Below are positions 39,950 through 49,004 of a DNA stretch of 64,000 nt, in pieces. The stretch lies in NCBI GenBank assembly GCA_963735125.1, contig CAVTJY010000003.1, positions 2,615-66,614 of the forward strand, written 5' to 3'. Position numbers and translations under genes: made by a program. Below the pieces are notes generated by a model, which was given only the letters and a program-made list of their open reading frames with translations, was not told the origin of the DNA and ran no database searches. Source of the stretch: an uncultured Alphaproteobacteria bacterium. Its GTDB lineage: Bacteria > Pseudomonadota > Alphaproteobacteria > Rhizobiales > Hyphomicrobiaceae. Positions within the stretch are counted from its first letter, which is position 1; each line of letters starts with the position of its first letter.

Positions 39950-40635
39950 GTGCCTGCGCAATCCCGCACCGGCAACGCCAGCCGCGCCTCCGTCTCCATC
40001 GTCGAGGACGACGCCGCGTTGCGCGAGGTGCTCCTCGACCTGCTGCAATCCGTCGGCCTGCAGGTCAAGACGTTCTCCACCGCGATGGAGCTGTTGAGCA
40101 CGGCCTTGCCCAGCGGTCCCAGCTGCTTCGTCCTCGACGTTCGCCTGCCCGGCCTCAGCGGTCTTGATCTGCAGGCTCGCCTCGTCCAGGCCAACGTGCG
40201 CATCCCGATCATCTTCATGACCGGTCACGCCGACGTGCCGATGACCGTGCAAGCCATGAAGGCCGGTGCCTTCGACTTCCTGGCCAAGCCGTTTCGCGAG
40301 CAGGAGATGCTGGATGCCGTCGCCGGCGCCATCGAGCTGGATCGCGCGCGCCTGGCGGCCGACCGGCAGGCCATCGAGGCGCTCAACTCGCTTCGAGACG
40401 CTCAGCCAGCGCGAGCGCGACGTGATGCAGCTCGTCACCGCCGGCCTGATGAACAAGCAGGCGGCCGCCCGCATCGGCCTCGCCGAGTTCGACCGTGAAG
40501 GTGCATCGCTCGCAGGTCATGAAGCGGATGGGCGCGAAATCCCTGCCCGACCTGGTGCGGATGGCCGAGCTGCTGCGTTCGGTGCCCGCCCCGCGGGCCA
40601 GCCTCGCGGCCGTCCTGGACAAACCTAGGTATTAG
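39950..40635 (+). pseudogene. FixJ/NarL(LuxR)-family response regulator; 2 frame breaks (~40385, ~40490)
   Basis: Receiver: VSIVEDDAALREVL...CFVLDVRLPGLSGLDLQ...IPIIFMTGHADVPMTVQAMKAGAFDFLAKPF. LuxR HTH: LSQRERDVMQLVTAGLMNKQAAARIGLAE / TVKVHRSQVMKRMGAKSLPDLVRMAE, in two other frames. Confidence 0.75.
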
Positions 40636-40743
40636 CCGGCTCGCCGATCGTACAGCGCACTGCACCATCGGCAGCATGGAGCGGCGGCCACGCCCTCCCT
40701 ACCATCCCGCGCAGCGGAGGCAGCCAACCGCAGGAGGCCGACG

Positions 40744-41535
40744 ATGAAGCACCTCAACACCCTGGCCGTCGCGGCGGCACTTTGCCTTGCCGCGATGGCC
40801 GCCCCGGCCAGCGCCGATCCCGTCAAGAACATCGTGCTGGTGCACGGCGCCTGGGTGGACGCATCGGGCTGGAAGCCGGTCTATGAGATCCTGAGCAAGG
40901 ACGGCTTCCACGTCACCATGGTGCAGGAGCCCGAAACCTCCTTTGCCGACGATGTCGCCGCGACCAGGCGCATTCTCGACCTGCAGGACGGCCCCACCCT
41001 GCTGGTCGGCCACAGCTACGGCGGCTCGATCATCACCGAGGCCGGCGTGCATCCCAAGGTGGTCGGCCTCGTCTACGTGGCCGCGCACGCCCCCGACGTC
41101 GGCGAGGACGAGGCCGCCCTCGGCAGGAAGACGCCGAGCGTGCTCGCCAAGACCGAGGGCGCCATCAAGAAGACGCCCGACGACTTCACCTATCTCAACC
41201 CGGCCGACTTCCCCAGGCTGTTCGCGCCCGACCTGCCGCGCGAGCGGGCGGAGTTCGTCGCGCGCTCGCAGGTGCTGGCTGCGGCCAAGGTGTTCAGCAC
41301 GCCGCTGACCGCAGCCGCCTGGAAGACCAAGCCAAGCTGGGGCATCGTTGCGGGCGGTGACCAGATCATCAACCCCGATCTCGAGCGCTGGTACTACGCG
41401 CGCGCCAACAGCCGCACCACCGAGATCAAGGGCGCCAGCCACTCCGTCTACGAATCCCATCCGCGCGAGGTCGCGGCCGTGATCGCCGACGCCGCCCGCA
41501 CCGTGGAGAAGCTGGCGCCCAAGGCGCAACGATAG
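40744..41535 (+). CDS. Secreted alpha/beta-hydrolase
   Basis: Signal peptide (AAALCLAAMAAPASA), then IVLVHGAWVDASGW and the nucleophile elbow VGHSYGG. Intact, 263 aa. Confidence 0.8.
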   Translation: MKHLNTLAVAAALCLAAMAAPASADPVKNIVLVHGAWVDASGWKPVYEILSKDGFHVTMVQEPETSFADDVAATRRILDLQDGPTLLVGHSYGGSIITEAGVHPKVVGLVYVAAHAPDVGEDEAALGRKTPSVLAKTEGAIKKTPDDFTYLNPADFPRLFAPDLPRERAEFVARSQVLAAAKVFSTPLTAAAWKTKPSWGIVAGGDQIINPDLERWYYARANSRTTEIKGASHSVYESHPREVAAVIADAARTVEKLAPKAQR

Positions 41536-41557
41536 ACGCGCAGATGCGAGCCCAATC

Positions 41558-42082
41558 ATGAGCAGCCGCACCACATCGGAAAGCGCCACCCCGCAGAGCA
41601 GCACCATCCAGCACGAGCGCGTCGCCACCGGGCTCAGCTACGATCAGCTCGTCCACGCCTTCGAACGCGAACTTGGACATCTCGACCCGCTGGTGCCCAA
41701 GCATCTCGTCGAGTGGAAAGCCCAGTGGAGCGAGGTCGAGCGCGAGATCGGCAAGGCCGCTGGCCCGCACGGCCTGATGATCATCGCCCGCGCCGACCAG
41801 GGCAGTCTCACATCCCTGTCCGGCCGCGAGAAGCGCTGCTCGCTCTATCTCGTCGGCAATCCCGTGATCGCCAGCCGCATCATCGACATCGACCTGCGCG
41901 CAAGCTTCTACGTGCCCTTCCGCGTGGCCCTGTACGATGCTGGCTGGCCCGACGGAGCGGTGATCGCATTCGATCGCCCCTCCTCGTTCCTGGCGACGCT
42001 CGGGCAGCCGGAGATCGAGGAGATCGGCCGCTCCCTGGACCGCAAGATCGACGCCGTCATCGCCGCCATACGCACCCGCTGA
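41558..42082 (+). CDS. DUF302-like protein
   Basis: Intact, 174 aa. The core GLMIIARADQGSLTSLSGREKRCSLYLVGNPVIASRIIDIDLRASFYVPFRVALYD resembles DUF302. Confidence 0.5.
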   Translation: MSSRTTSESATPQSSTIQHERVATGLSYDQLVHAFERELGHLDPLVPKHLVEWKAQWSEVEREIGKAAGPHGLMIIARADQGSLTSLSGREKRCSLYLVGNPVIASRIIDIDLRASFYVPFRVALYDAGWPDGAVIAFDRPSSFLATLGQPEIEEIGRSLDRKIDAVIAAIRTR

Positions 42083-42202
42083 AGGATCGAGCGTAGGGTG
42101 CAAGAGGCGTCAGCCGTATTGCACCGATCTGCCACAGACCGAGACGGTGCATCGGCGCAATACGGCTTCGCCTATTGGCGCCCTACGAAGTCAGCCCGCA
42201 GC

Positions 42203-42246
42203 CACCAAAACAAAATGGCGGCCGGTCGCTGAGGACCGGCCGCCAT
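42203..42246 (-). terminator. Rho-independent terminator of the DUF2852 gene
   Basis: On the minus strand, atggcggccggtc-ctcagc-gaccggccgccat (13-bp perfect stem) is followed by TTTTGTTTT. Confidence 0.75.
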
Positions 42247-42272
42247 CTTCGTGTCTCGAATGCGCCCCGAGG

Positions 42273-42792
42273 TCAGACCTGCGGCTTCTGCTCCGGGTCC
42301 TGCGGCGAGCCGCCCGAAGCCCGATCCGCCCCCGGATCCGTCCTGCCGACTGCGCCGGTCGCGCATGAACTCGTCGAACTCGGTGCGATCCTTGGCTGCG
42401 CGCAGCCGCTCCAGGAAGTCGCGGAATTCGGTGGCCTCGTCCTCGAGGCGACGCAGCGCCTCCTCGCGATACTCGTCGAAGGCGTAGTTGCCGCTGGGAC
42501 GCAGGCCGTGGCCGCGATGGCCGGTCCAATGATGGCCTGCCCAATGCTGCACCTTTTGTTCCCAGCGCTCGCGCTTACGCTCCCAGCGCCCGGCCGCGCG
42601 CTCCACCGATTGATGCGCCTTCTGACGCCACTGATCGATATCTCCAGGCCGTCCACATCCCATTCGTCCGCTCCACAGCATGTAAGCCAAGATTGCCAGC
42701 CCGACGGGCCAGAAGACGATGAAGCCGAGCACCATCAGAGCGATCCATGCCGGCCTGCCGAAGTCATCTATGCGTGTGACTACCGCGTACAT
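42273..42792 (-). pseudogene. DUF2852-like membrane-anchored protein; probable frame break near the 3' end
   Basis: MYAVVTRIDDFGRPAWIALMVLGFIVFWPVGLAILAYMLWSGRMGC...FDEYREEALRRLEDEATEFRDFLERLRAAKDRTEFDEFM. The annotated frame reads through its own terminator to 42172. An alternative frame ends plausibly (GGSPQDPEQKPQV-stop) at 42273. Confidence 0.55.
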
Positions 42793-43040
42793 CGCAGCCT
42801 GCTCCTCCTTTGGGTTCGGAACGATGTCAATGTTTATAACATTTACATAGATGGCAAAAGCCTGCCGGGTCGTCAAGGGCGGGGGCGCAAAAATTTGCAT
42901 GGCGGACCTGCGCAGTCAGATGGTGATGCAAGCCCCACCAAGCAAACGGGGCGGCGCGCTTTGGACTCTGGGCGAGGCTGCGTTTGCTCCGCGCGCCTTG
43001 TGCAGGTAACAGGAGTGCCCCACCACAGCCGGACGCGCGC

Positions 43041-43899
43041 ATGGCCCTCGATCCCGACAAGCTGCTCGCCTGGAAATTCCCCGACATCGAGCACGCCTAC
43101 ACCGAGAAGGACACCATGCTCTATGCGCTGGGCGTCGGGCTGCGCGTCCGACCCCGACGAGCCCGGCGATCTCAAGTTCGTCTACGAGCGCGGACTGGCG
43201 GCGCTGCCGACCATGGCGGTGGTGCTGGCCTATCCCGGCAACTGGCTGGAGAGCCCGGCCTCCACCGCCGACTACAGCAAGGTGCTGCACGGCGAGCAGG
43301 CACTCATCCTGCATCGCCCGCTGGCAGCGTCCGGCACCGTGATCGGCCGCACCCGCAACCTGGACCTGCTCGACAAGGGGGCGGGCAAGGGTGCCGTGCT
43401 GTTCACCGAGCGCCAGATCATCGACAAGGCCAGCGGCGAGCCGATCGCCACCATGACCTCGACCTCCATGCTGCGCGGCGACGGCGGCTTCGGCGGCAAG
43501 GCTGGCCCGCAGCCGGCACCGCACCAGCTCCCGGAGTCGGCGCCGGCGCGCCACGTCGACATCAAGGTGCCGGCCAACGCGGCCCTCGTCTATCGCCTGT
43601 CCGGCGACCGCAACCCGCTGCACGCCGATCCGAAGGCCGCTGCCGCCGGCGGCTTCGCCAAGCCCATCCTGCACGGGCTGTGCACCTATGGCGTCGCCGG
43701 CCGCGCCATCATCCGCGCCTGCTGCGGCAACGATCCGGCGCGCCTCGCCGCCCTGCAGGTGCGCTTCTCCGCGCCCGTCTATCCCGGCGAGACGATCCGC
43801 ACCGAGCTATGGCCCGACGGCGAGCGCGTATCCTTCCGCGCCCGCGTGCTGGAGCGCGACGTGGTGGTGCTCAACAACGGCCTGGCGCGCGTCATCTGA
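43041..43899 (+). pseudogene. MaoC-family (R)-specific enoyl-CoA hydratase/dehydratase, double hot-dog; one frame break at ~43140
   Basis: MALDPDKLLAWKFPDIEHAYTEKDTMLYALGVG | ...DLKFVYERGLAALPTMAVVLAYPG...YRLSGDRNPLHADPKAAAAGGFAKPILHGLCTYGVAGRA... Confidence 0.8.
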
Positions 43900-43908
43900 A
43901 ACAAGAAA

Positions 43909-43930
43909 GGGTGCCGGAGATCCGGCACCC
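43909..43930. terminator. Hairpin between the convergent maoC-like and MBL genes
   Basis: gggtgccgg-agat-ccggcaccc, a 9-10 bp GC-rich stem. Confidence 0.55.
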
Positions 43931-43958
43931 GCAATTACTTCTGGCACCTGCTGCGATC

Positions 43959-44948
43959 TCACACCGAGACCAGCGAGAGCGCGTAGCCGTTGCCGTCCTT
44001 GGCGATGGTGCCGGCGCCGGGCATGCCCCAGTGATAGCCGGTCGCCGTGATCTTGTCGGCGATGATGCGGTCCATGGTCTTGCGGCGCGTGGCCTCCGCC
44101 GTCGGCGCGTCCTGGTCGAACATGACGTGCCAGCCGGGATTGCGCACGTTGATGGCCGGAATGTTGGTCACGTCGCCCAGCACGAGCAGCTGGTTGCTGC
44201 CGGAGCTGACCAGGTAGCTGGTGTGGCCCGGCGTATGCCCCGGCGTCGCGACGGTACGAATGCCGGGCACGGCATCCTTGTCAGCCGCCACCTGCTTGAT
44301 GTTCTTCCAGGACCCGATCGACGCCTGCACGCGCTTGGCAATGCCCTGGCGCGCCTCGGCCAGCTGCGCGATCACGCCGGGGTCCATCCAGTATTTGTAC
44401 TCCGTCTCCGGCATGATGATCTCGACGTTGCCGTAGACCTGCTCGTTCTCCTTGGTGAACAGGCCGTAGATGTGGTCGGGATGGAAGTGCGTGACGGCGA
44501 TGGCGCTCAGCTTGGACAGGTCGATGCCGGCCTCCTTCGCGTTGGCGGCGAGATGGCCGAATGCCGGATTGCCGGCGGCCAGCCCGTTGCCGGAGTCGAA
44601 CATCACCTGGCGGTCGCCGACCTTGACGATGGTGATGGTATAGGCGTTCGGCACCTTGTCGTCGGGCAGGCCGGCAGCCTTCAGCGCCGCCTTCACGTCG
44701 TCGACCGAGGCGTTCTTGACGAAGGCCGGGTTGTGGTCGCGCACCAGCGTCCCATCCAGCACCTGCGTCACCTCGATATCGCCCACCTTGAACTTGTGGA
44801 ACTTCAGCGCCTTCGGATTGAGGGCGGTGGGATCGACTTTGTCCTGGGCGGCTGCCGGCGAGATGATTTCCAGGCTTCCGTTCAGCCCGAAAGCGGCGCC
44901 GGCTGCTGCGGCCGAAAGCACCACGTTGCGACGTGTCATGGATTGCAT
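43959..44948 (-). CDS. Tat-exported metallo-beta-lactamase-fold hydrolase
   Basis: Twin-arginine leader MTRRNVVLSAAAAGAAFG, an HxHxDH-type motif (AVTHFHPDHIYG) and a distal TPGHTPGHTS. Intact. Confidence 0.85.
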   Translation of the reverse strand: MQSMTRRNVVLSAAAAGAAFGLNGSLEIISPAAAQDKVDPTALNPKALKFHKFKVGDIEVTQVLDGTLVRDHNPAFVKNASVDDVKAALKAAGLPDDKVPNAYTITIVKVGDRQVMFDSGNGLAAGNPAFGHLAANAKEAGIDLSKLSAIAVTHFHPDHIYGLFTKENEQVYGNVEIIMPETEYKYWMDPGVIAQLAEARQGIAKRVQASIGSWKNIKQVAADKDAVPGIRTVATPGHTPGHTSYLVSSGSNQLLVLGDVTNIPAINVRNPGWHVMFDQDAPTAEATRRKTMDRIIADKITATGYHWGMPGAGTIAKDGNGYALSLVSV

Positions 44949-45244
44949 GCGATGGTCCTCCTCCTCGTGACGCTTCTGTCTGGCGCCGAAATGCATCGAG
45001 CGCGAGATTCTTGTTCTTCTCTTGGCACGGGAGATTAGCCGCGGGTATGACAACGCGCCATCACGTCAGCGTGATCATTGGATCACGGATCGATTGCACG
45101 TGCGTCCATCGGCTGCGTGGAGTTTGCTGAGCGATATCAAGGAGCAGGATGGGCATCCTGTCCTGCTATTCACGGCGCGACCGCAAGCGCGTGAGGCGAC
45201 GGGCGTCATACCTGCTGGCCTCGCGGTAAGGCCCAGGGCGACGG

Positions 45245-46144
45245 CTAGAATTTGACCCCCAGCCCCACGATCGGCCCGTGCTGCAGGACATCGTACTCGT
45301 ATCTGTGTCGCCCCGATCCTTCCGTATAGTCCACGCTGAGCGCGCGGTATCCAAGCATGCCGGAATAGGTGACGCCGTCGCGCACGGCCACATCCCACGC
45401 ATAGGCGGCGGCCACGTTCCACGAAAACGTGCTGCCCACATTGAAGCCGCCGACATCGGCGCGGAACATCAACTCCCGGCCTGGCGCCATCTGATGGCGA
45501 ATCCTGAAGCCGACCAGCGGATCGACCCAATCCACGTCGCCGCCACGCGCGATCGCCCGACTGCCCGATATGTCGAGGTCGCTGGTGTCGAACACGGCCG
45601 TCAGCGCCAGCCTGACGGACATGTCCTGGTGCCAGTAGCGCGCGCCCAGCACCAGGTCGAGCGCGGTGAAGCGAGCAGGCGCATCATCCTTGACCCCGCC
45701 CCCTGAGCGCCAGCGCCCGATTTCATACGCCGCGCCGGCCTCGATGATGGCCTGCTCGAACTGCACGTCGGCCGCAACATTGATCGACGATCGATCGAAC
45801 GACCTGGCGCGGCTCGCATCGACTCCGAGCTTTGCGTAGAAGATATCGTTGTAGAACGCCAGCCTGCCCCTGCGCGCCTCCACGTAGCTCATCCAGGGAG
45901 CGGCATCGAGATGCTCCAGGACTTCGATCGGGTTCGCATCGATGCTGACCGTGCGCCCTTTCACGGTTTGATGGCCTTGCAGGAAAGGCAGCCAGCCGTA
46001 GGGCGTGGCAGACACTGTCCATGCGTTGCCAGCGTCGGCCGCGAAACGCGTCGTCGAGTCGCCACCGAGCGCGATGTTGGCAGATGCCAGAACAGATCCG
46101 ACGCAAACGCCGAGCTTGAATAGAGCGGTCGCCAGATATCGCAT
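45245..46144 (-). CDS. Outer-membrane beta-barrel protein, unknown function
   Basis: Signal-like N-terminus, alternating amphipathic strands rich in Y/W/G, and a C-terminal ...GPIVGLGVKF ending in Phe. Intact, 299 aa. Confidence 0.6.
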   Translation of the reverse strand: MRYLATALFKLGVCVGSVLASANIALGGDSTTRFAADAGNAWTVSATPYGWLPFLQGHQTVKGRTVSIDANPIEVLEHLDAAPWMSYVEARRGRLAFYNDIFYAKLGVDASRARSFDRSSINVAADVQFEQAIIEAGAAYEIGRWRSGGGVKDDAPARFTALDLVLGARYWHQDMSVRLALTAVFDTSDLDISGSRAIARGGDVDWVDPLVGFRIRHQMAPGRELMFRADVGGFNVGSTFSWNVAAAYAWDVAVRDGVTYSGMLGYRALSVDYTEGSGRHRYEYDVLQHGPIVGLGVKF

Positions 46145-46310
46145 GGTCGGCCCAGCCTGATCGTTTCGGTGCTGCGAGCGGCCTATTCAGATTCAGAGTC
46201 GGGGCTCTTGGGCAATCGAGAGCGGCGTGGTCGCCTTTTTGCCGGTGCTGCGTTTCACGCGCGCAACGATTGTCTGTCCGATGCCCGATGGTGGGATCAC
46301 TACAGCGGAT

Positions 46311-46763
46311 CTAGCGAAACCGCGCCTTGCTCACGCGGCCGATCATGCAGACCGGCTTGACGCCATCGGGGGGCCGGACGACGAACGTGTCGCCGTCCTC
46401 CGACACGCCGGCCACCTCATCGGCGTAGTCCCGGTCCTTGGCCTGCGCGCATTCCTTGGCGGTGAAGCGGAAGAACGCGCGCGTTATCACATACTCCCGG
46501 TTCGGCTCGGCAACGAAGACGCGCACGACCTCGCCGTCGGGCGTCCAGTTGAACGTGGTCGCAAGATTGATCTGGAACTCGATACCGAACCGGCGCGAGC
46601 AGGCCCTGTTGGCGATGACGTACATCTGCGCGTTCTGGCCGAGCATCTCCTGCAGCATGCACTCCTCATAGCTGCGCGGCCGCGCGAGCTGCCACAGGGC
46701 CGCGCTGACGAGCAGCGCCACCATTGCGCCTCCCGCGAAAGCCGCCAGCCAATGCAAACGCAT
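46311..46763 (-). CDS. Membrane-anchored hypothetical protein
   Basis: Intact, 150 aa, with a single N-terminal TM (WLAAFAGGAMVALLVSAALW). I recognise no domain. Confidence 0.45.
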   Translation of the reverse strand: MRLHWLAAFAGGAMVALLVSAALWQLARPRSYEECMLQEMLGQNAQMYVIANRACSRRFGIEFQINLATTFNWTPDGEVVRVFVAEPNREYVITRAFFRFTAKECAQAKDRDYADEVAGVSEDGDTFVVRPPDGVKPVCMIGRVSKARFR

Positions 46764-46911
46764 ATCCGCTGTCCCGATAGCGAAGTTCGCCTAAGTCTGA
46801 GGCCGCAAGGCCCTTGAATCTGGGTCGCGCCAGACCCTATCGTCCGCTGAGGGTCCCGGGAAATGCAGCGGACCACGGCAAGGCCGAACAAGGGCTGTCT
46901 TGCGCCAGAAT

Positions 46912-46921
46912 TGTCATGACA
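46912..46921. promoter_or_regulatory. Perfect palindrome TGTCATGACA within ATTGTCAT direct repeats; candidate ArsR operator
   Basis: gaATTGTCATGACATTGTCATttattttgac lies 30-40 nt upstream of the arsR-arsC ATG (46951) in an AT-rich patch. Confidence 0.4.
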
Positions 46922-46950
46922 TTGTCATTTATTTTGACTATTCGACGAAT

Positions 46951-47802
46951 ATGGAAGCGAGAGACGCGGCGGCCGGCTTTGCCGTGCTGGCGCAAGAGAC
47001 CCGGCTCAAGCTTGTGCGGCTCCTGGCCTCGCGAGGTGCTTCAGGCATGGCCGCCGGCGAGGTGGCAGCGGCCCTCAAGGTCGCGCCGTCGACGCTCTCG
47101 TTTCACCTCGCGGCGCTCGAGCAGGCGGGCCTCATCCGCTCAACGCGCCAGGGCCGGCACATCATCTACGCCGTGCGCTTTGTCGGTCTGCGCGAGCTCT
47201 TGAGCTTCCTGACCGAAACCTGCTGCGCTGGTCGTCCTGAACTGTGCGGCGATCTGGCAAGGCTTCTTCCGGATGACATCGACGAGGAGACGACCATGGC
47301 GCCTGCGTTCAATGTGCTCTTCATCTGCACCCGCAATTCCGCCCGCTCGATCATGGCCGAGGCGATCCTGGCAAAGATCGGCAGGGGCAAGTTCAACGCT
47401 TATTCGGCAGGATCCGACCCGGCTCGTGCTCCCATGCGGGAGGTGCTGGATCGTCTCGAAGTGATGGGCCACGACGTGTCGCGGCTGCGCTCCAAGTCGT
47501 GGAATGAATTCACAAGGCCCGATGCACCGCGCATGGATTTCGTGCTTACCTTGTGCGATCCGGCGGATGGTGAAACCTGCCCCGACCTCGGCGGCAAAGC
47601 CCTGACGGCTACCTGGCCCTTTCCGGACCCTGCCAAGTTTTCCGGATCGGCGGTCGAGCGCACGGTGCTGCTCAACCAGCTCTACGGCATGATCCGCCGC
47701 CGGCTCGAGGCCTTCGCCAGCCTGCCTTTCGGCACCCTCGAACGCATTGCGCTCAAGGCGCGCCTCGATGAACTCGGCGACAACAGCAAGTTCTCGGTCT
47801 AG
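46951..47802 (+). CDS. arsRC: ArsR/SmtB metalloregulator fused to an LMW-PTP-type arsenate reductase (ArsR-ArsC fusion)
   Basis: N-terminal wHTH (FAVLAQETRLKLVRLLASRGASGMAAGEVAAALKVAPSTLSFHLAALEQAGLIRSTRQGRHIIYAV) with a C-terminal Cys cluster TETCCAGRPELC. Then a linker and an ArsC domain with P-loop FICTRNSARS (C-x5-R-S) and the second Cys pair LCDPADGETCP. Confidence 0.8.
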   Translation: MEARDAAAGFAVLAQETRLKLVRLLASRGASGMAAGEVAAALKVAPSTLSFHLAALEQAGLIRSTRQGRHIIYAVRFVGLRELLSFLTETCCAGRPELCGDLARLLPDDIDEETTMAPAFNVLFICTRNSARSIMAEAILAKIGRGKFNAYSAGSDPARAPMREVLDRLEVMGHDVSRLRSKSWNEFTRPDAPRMDFVLTLCDPADGETCPDLGGKALTATWPFPDPAKFSGSAVERTVLLNQLYGMIRRRLEAFASLPFGTLERIALKARLDELGDNSKFSV

Positions 47803-47947
47803 AGCAGGATCGCTTAGGATGACGTCACTTCACTCCAATATCAACGTCGCGGCCGAAGCGTGAAATCCTGCTCTAATTCATGAACTGGAAAGCAAGACGT
47901 TCCGTGATCGAAGCCAAGTGCTTCGATCAGAAACGATCTTGCTCTAG
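47799..47947. repeat. Repeat/hairpin-rich spacer between arsRC and gapdh
   Basis: ctagagcaggat (47799..47810) is inverted at atcctgctcta (47865..47875) and recurs as atcttgctctag (47936..47947). There is also a 9-bp hairpin gatcgaagc-caagt-gcttcgatc (47906..47928). Confidence 0.5.
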
Positions 47948-47956
47948 GAGGCTGCG

Positions 47957-49000
47957 ATGAGGGTGGGCATCAATGGCATGGGCCGCATGGGCCGCCTCGC
48001 GCTCAGGGCCGCGTTTGGTGCGGTTGCGCGCGCGGAGGGTGATCCCCGTGCAGCGAACCGCCTCGATGTCGTGCACGTCAACGAGATCAAGGGCGGGGCG
48101 GCCGTCACCGCCCATCTCCTGGAATTCGACAGCATCCACGGCCGCTGGCGCACGTCCTTTGAGGTGGATGGCGAGACGGGCATCGCGGTCGGCGGCAAGC
48201 GCATCGGCTTCTCCGCGGCTGCCTCCCCCGGCGAGGTGCCCTGGGGCGATCTCGGCTGCGACATCGTCCTGGAGTGCACCGGAAAGTTCCTCAAGCCCGA
48301 GCAGCTGCAGGCCTATTTCGAGCGCGGCGTCAGGCGCGTCATCGTCACGGCGCCCATCAAGGATGCCGCCGCACTCAATATCGTGGTTGGCGTCAACGAC
48401 CACCTGTACGAGCCGGCGCGGCACAAGCTGATCACCGCGGCGTCCTGCACCACTAACTGCCTCGCCCCGGTTGTGAAGGTCGTGCACGAGGCCATCGGCA
48501 TCCGCCACGGCCAGATCACGACGATCCATGATCCGACCAACACCAACGTCGTCGTCGATGCGCCGCACAAGGACCTGCGGCGCGCCCGTTCGGCCATGCT
48601 GTCGCTGCAGCCGACGACGACGGGCAGCGCCACGGCGATTGCGCTCATCTATCCCGAACTCCAGGGCAAGCTGAACGGTCACGCGGTAAGGGCTCCCGTG
48701 CTCAACGCCAGCCTCACCGATTGCGTGTTCGAGTTGCAGCGGCCAACCACCGAGGCGGAGGTGAACGGGCTCTTCGCGGCGGCGGCATGCAGCAACCTCG
48801 CCGGCATTCTGGGCTACGAGACGCGGCCCTTGGTGTCGGCCGACTACAACAACGATTCGCGAAGCTCGATCGTCGATGCTCCCAGCACCGTGGTGACCGA
48901 CGGCACGCTGCTCAAGGTCTACGCCTGGTATGACAACGAGATCGGCTACGTTTGCCGCATGGTCGACCTTGCCAACATCGTGATCCAGCGCGGAGTGTGA
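47957..49000 (+). CDS. gapdh: Glyceraldehyde-3-phosphate dehydrogenase, ars-associated paralogue
   Basis: [13 protein letters not shown]-binding motif and catalytic [10 protein letters not shown]. Intact, 347 aa, immediately upstream of arsJ. Confidence 0.9.
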   Translation: MRVGINGMGRMGRLALRAAFGAVARAEGDPRAANRLDVVHVNEIKGGAAVTAHLLEFDSIHGRWRTSFEVDGETGIAVGGKRIGFSAAASPGEVPWGDLGCDIVLECTGKFLKPEQLQAYFERGVRRVIVTAPIKDAAALNIVVGVNDHLYEPARHKLITAASCTTNCLAPVVKVVHEAIGIRHGQITTIHDPTNTNVVVDAPHKDLRRARSAMLSLQPTTTGSATAIALIYPELQGKLNGHAVRAPVLNASLTDCVFELQRPTTEAEVNGLFAAAACSNLAGILGYETRPLVSADYNNDSRSSIVDAPSTVVTDGTLLKVYAWYDNEIGYVCRMVDLANIVIQRGV

Positions 49001-49004
49001 CGCG

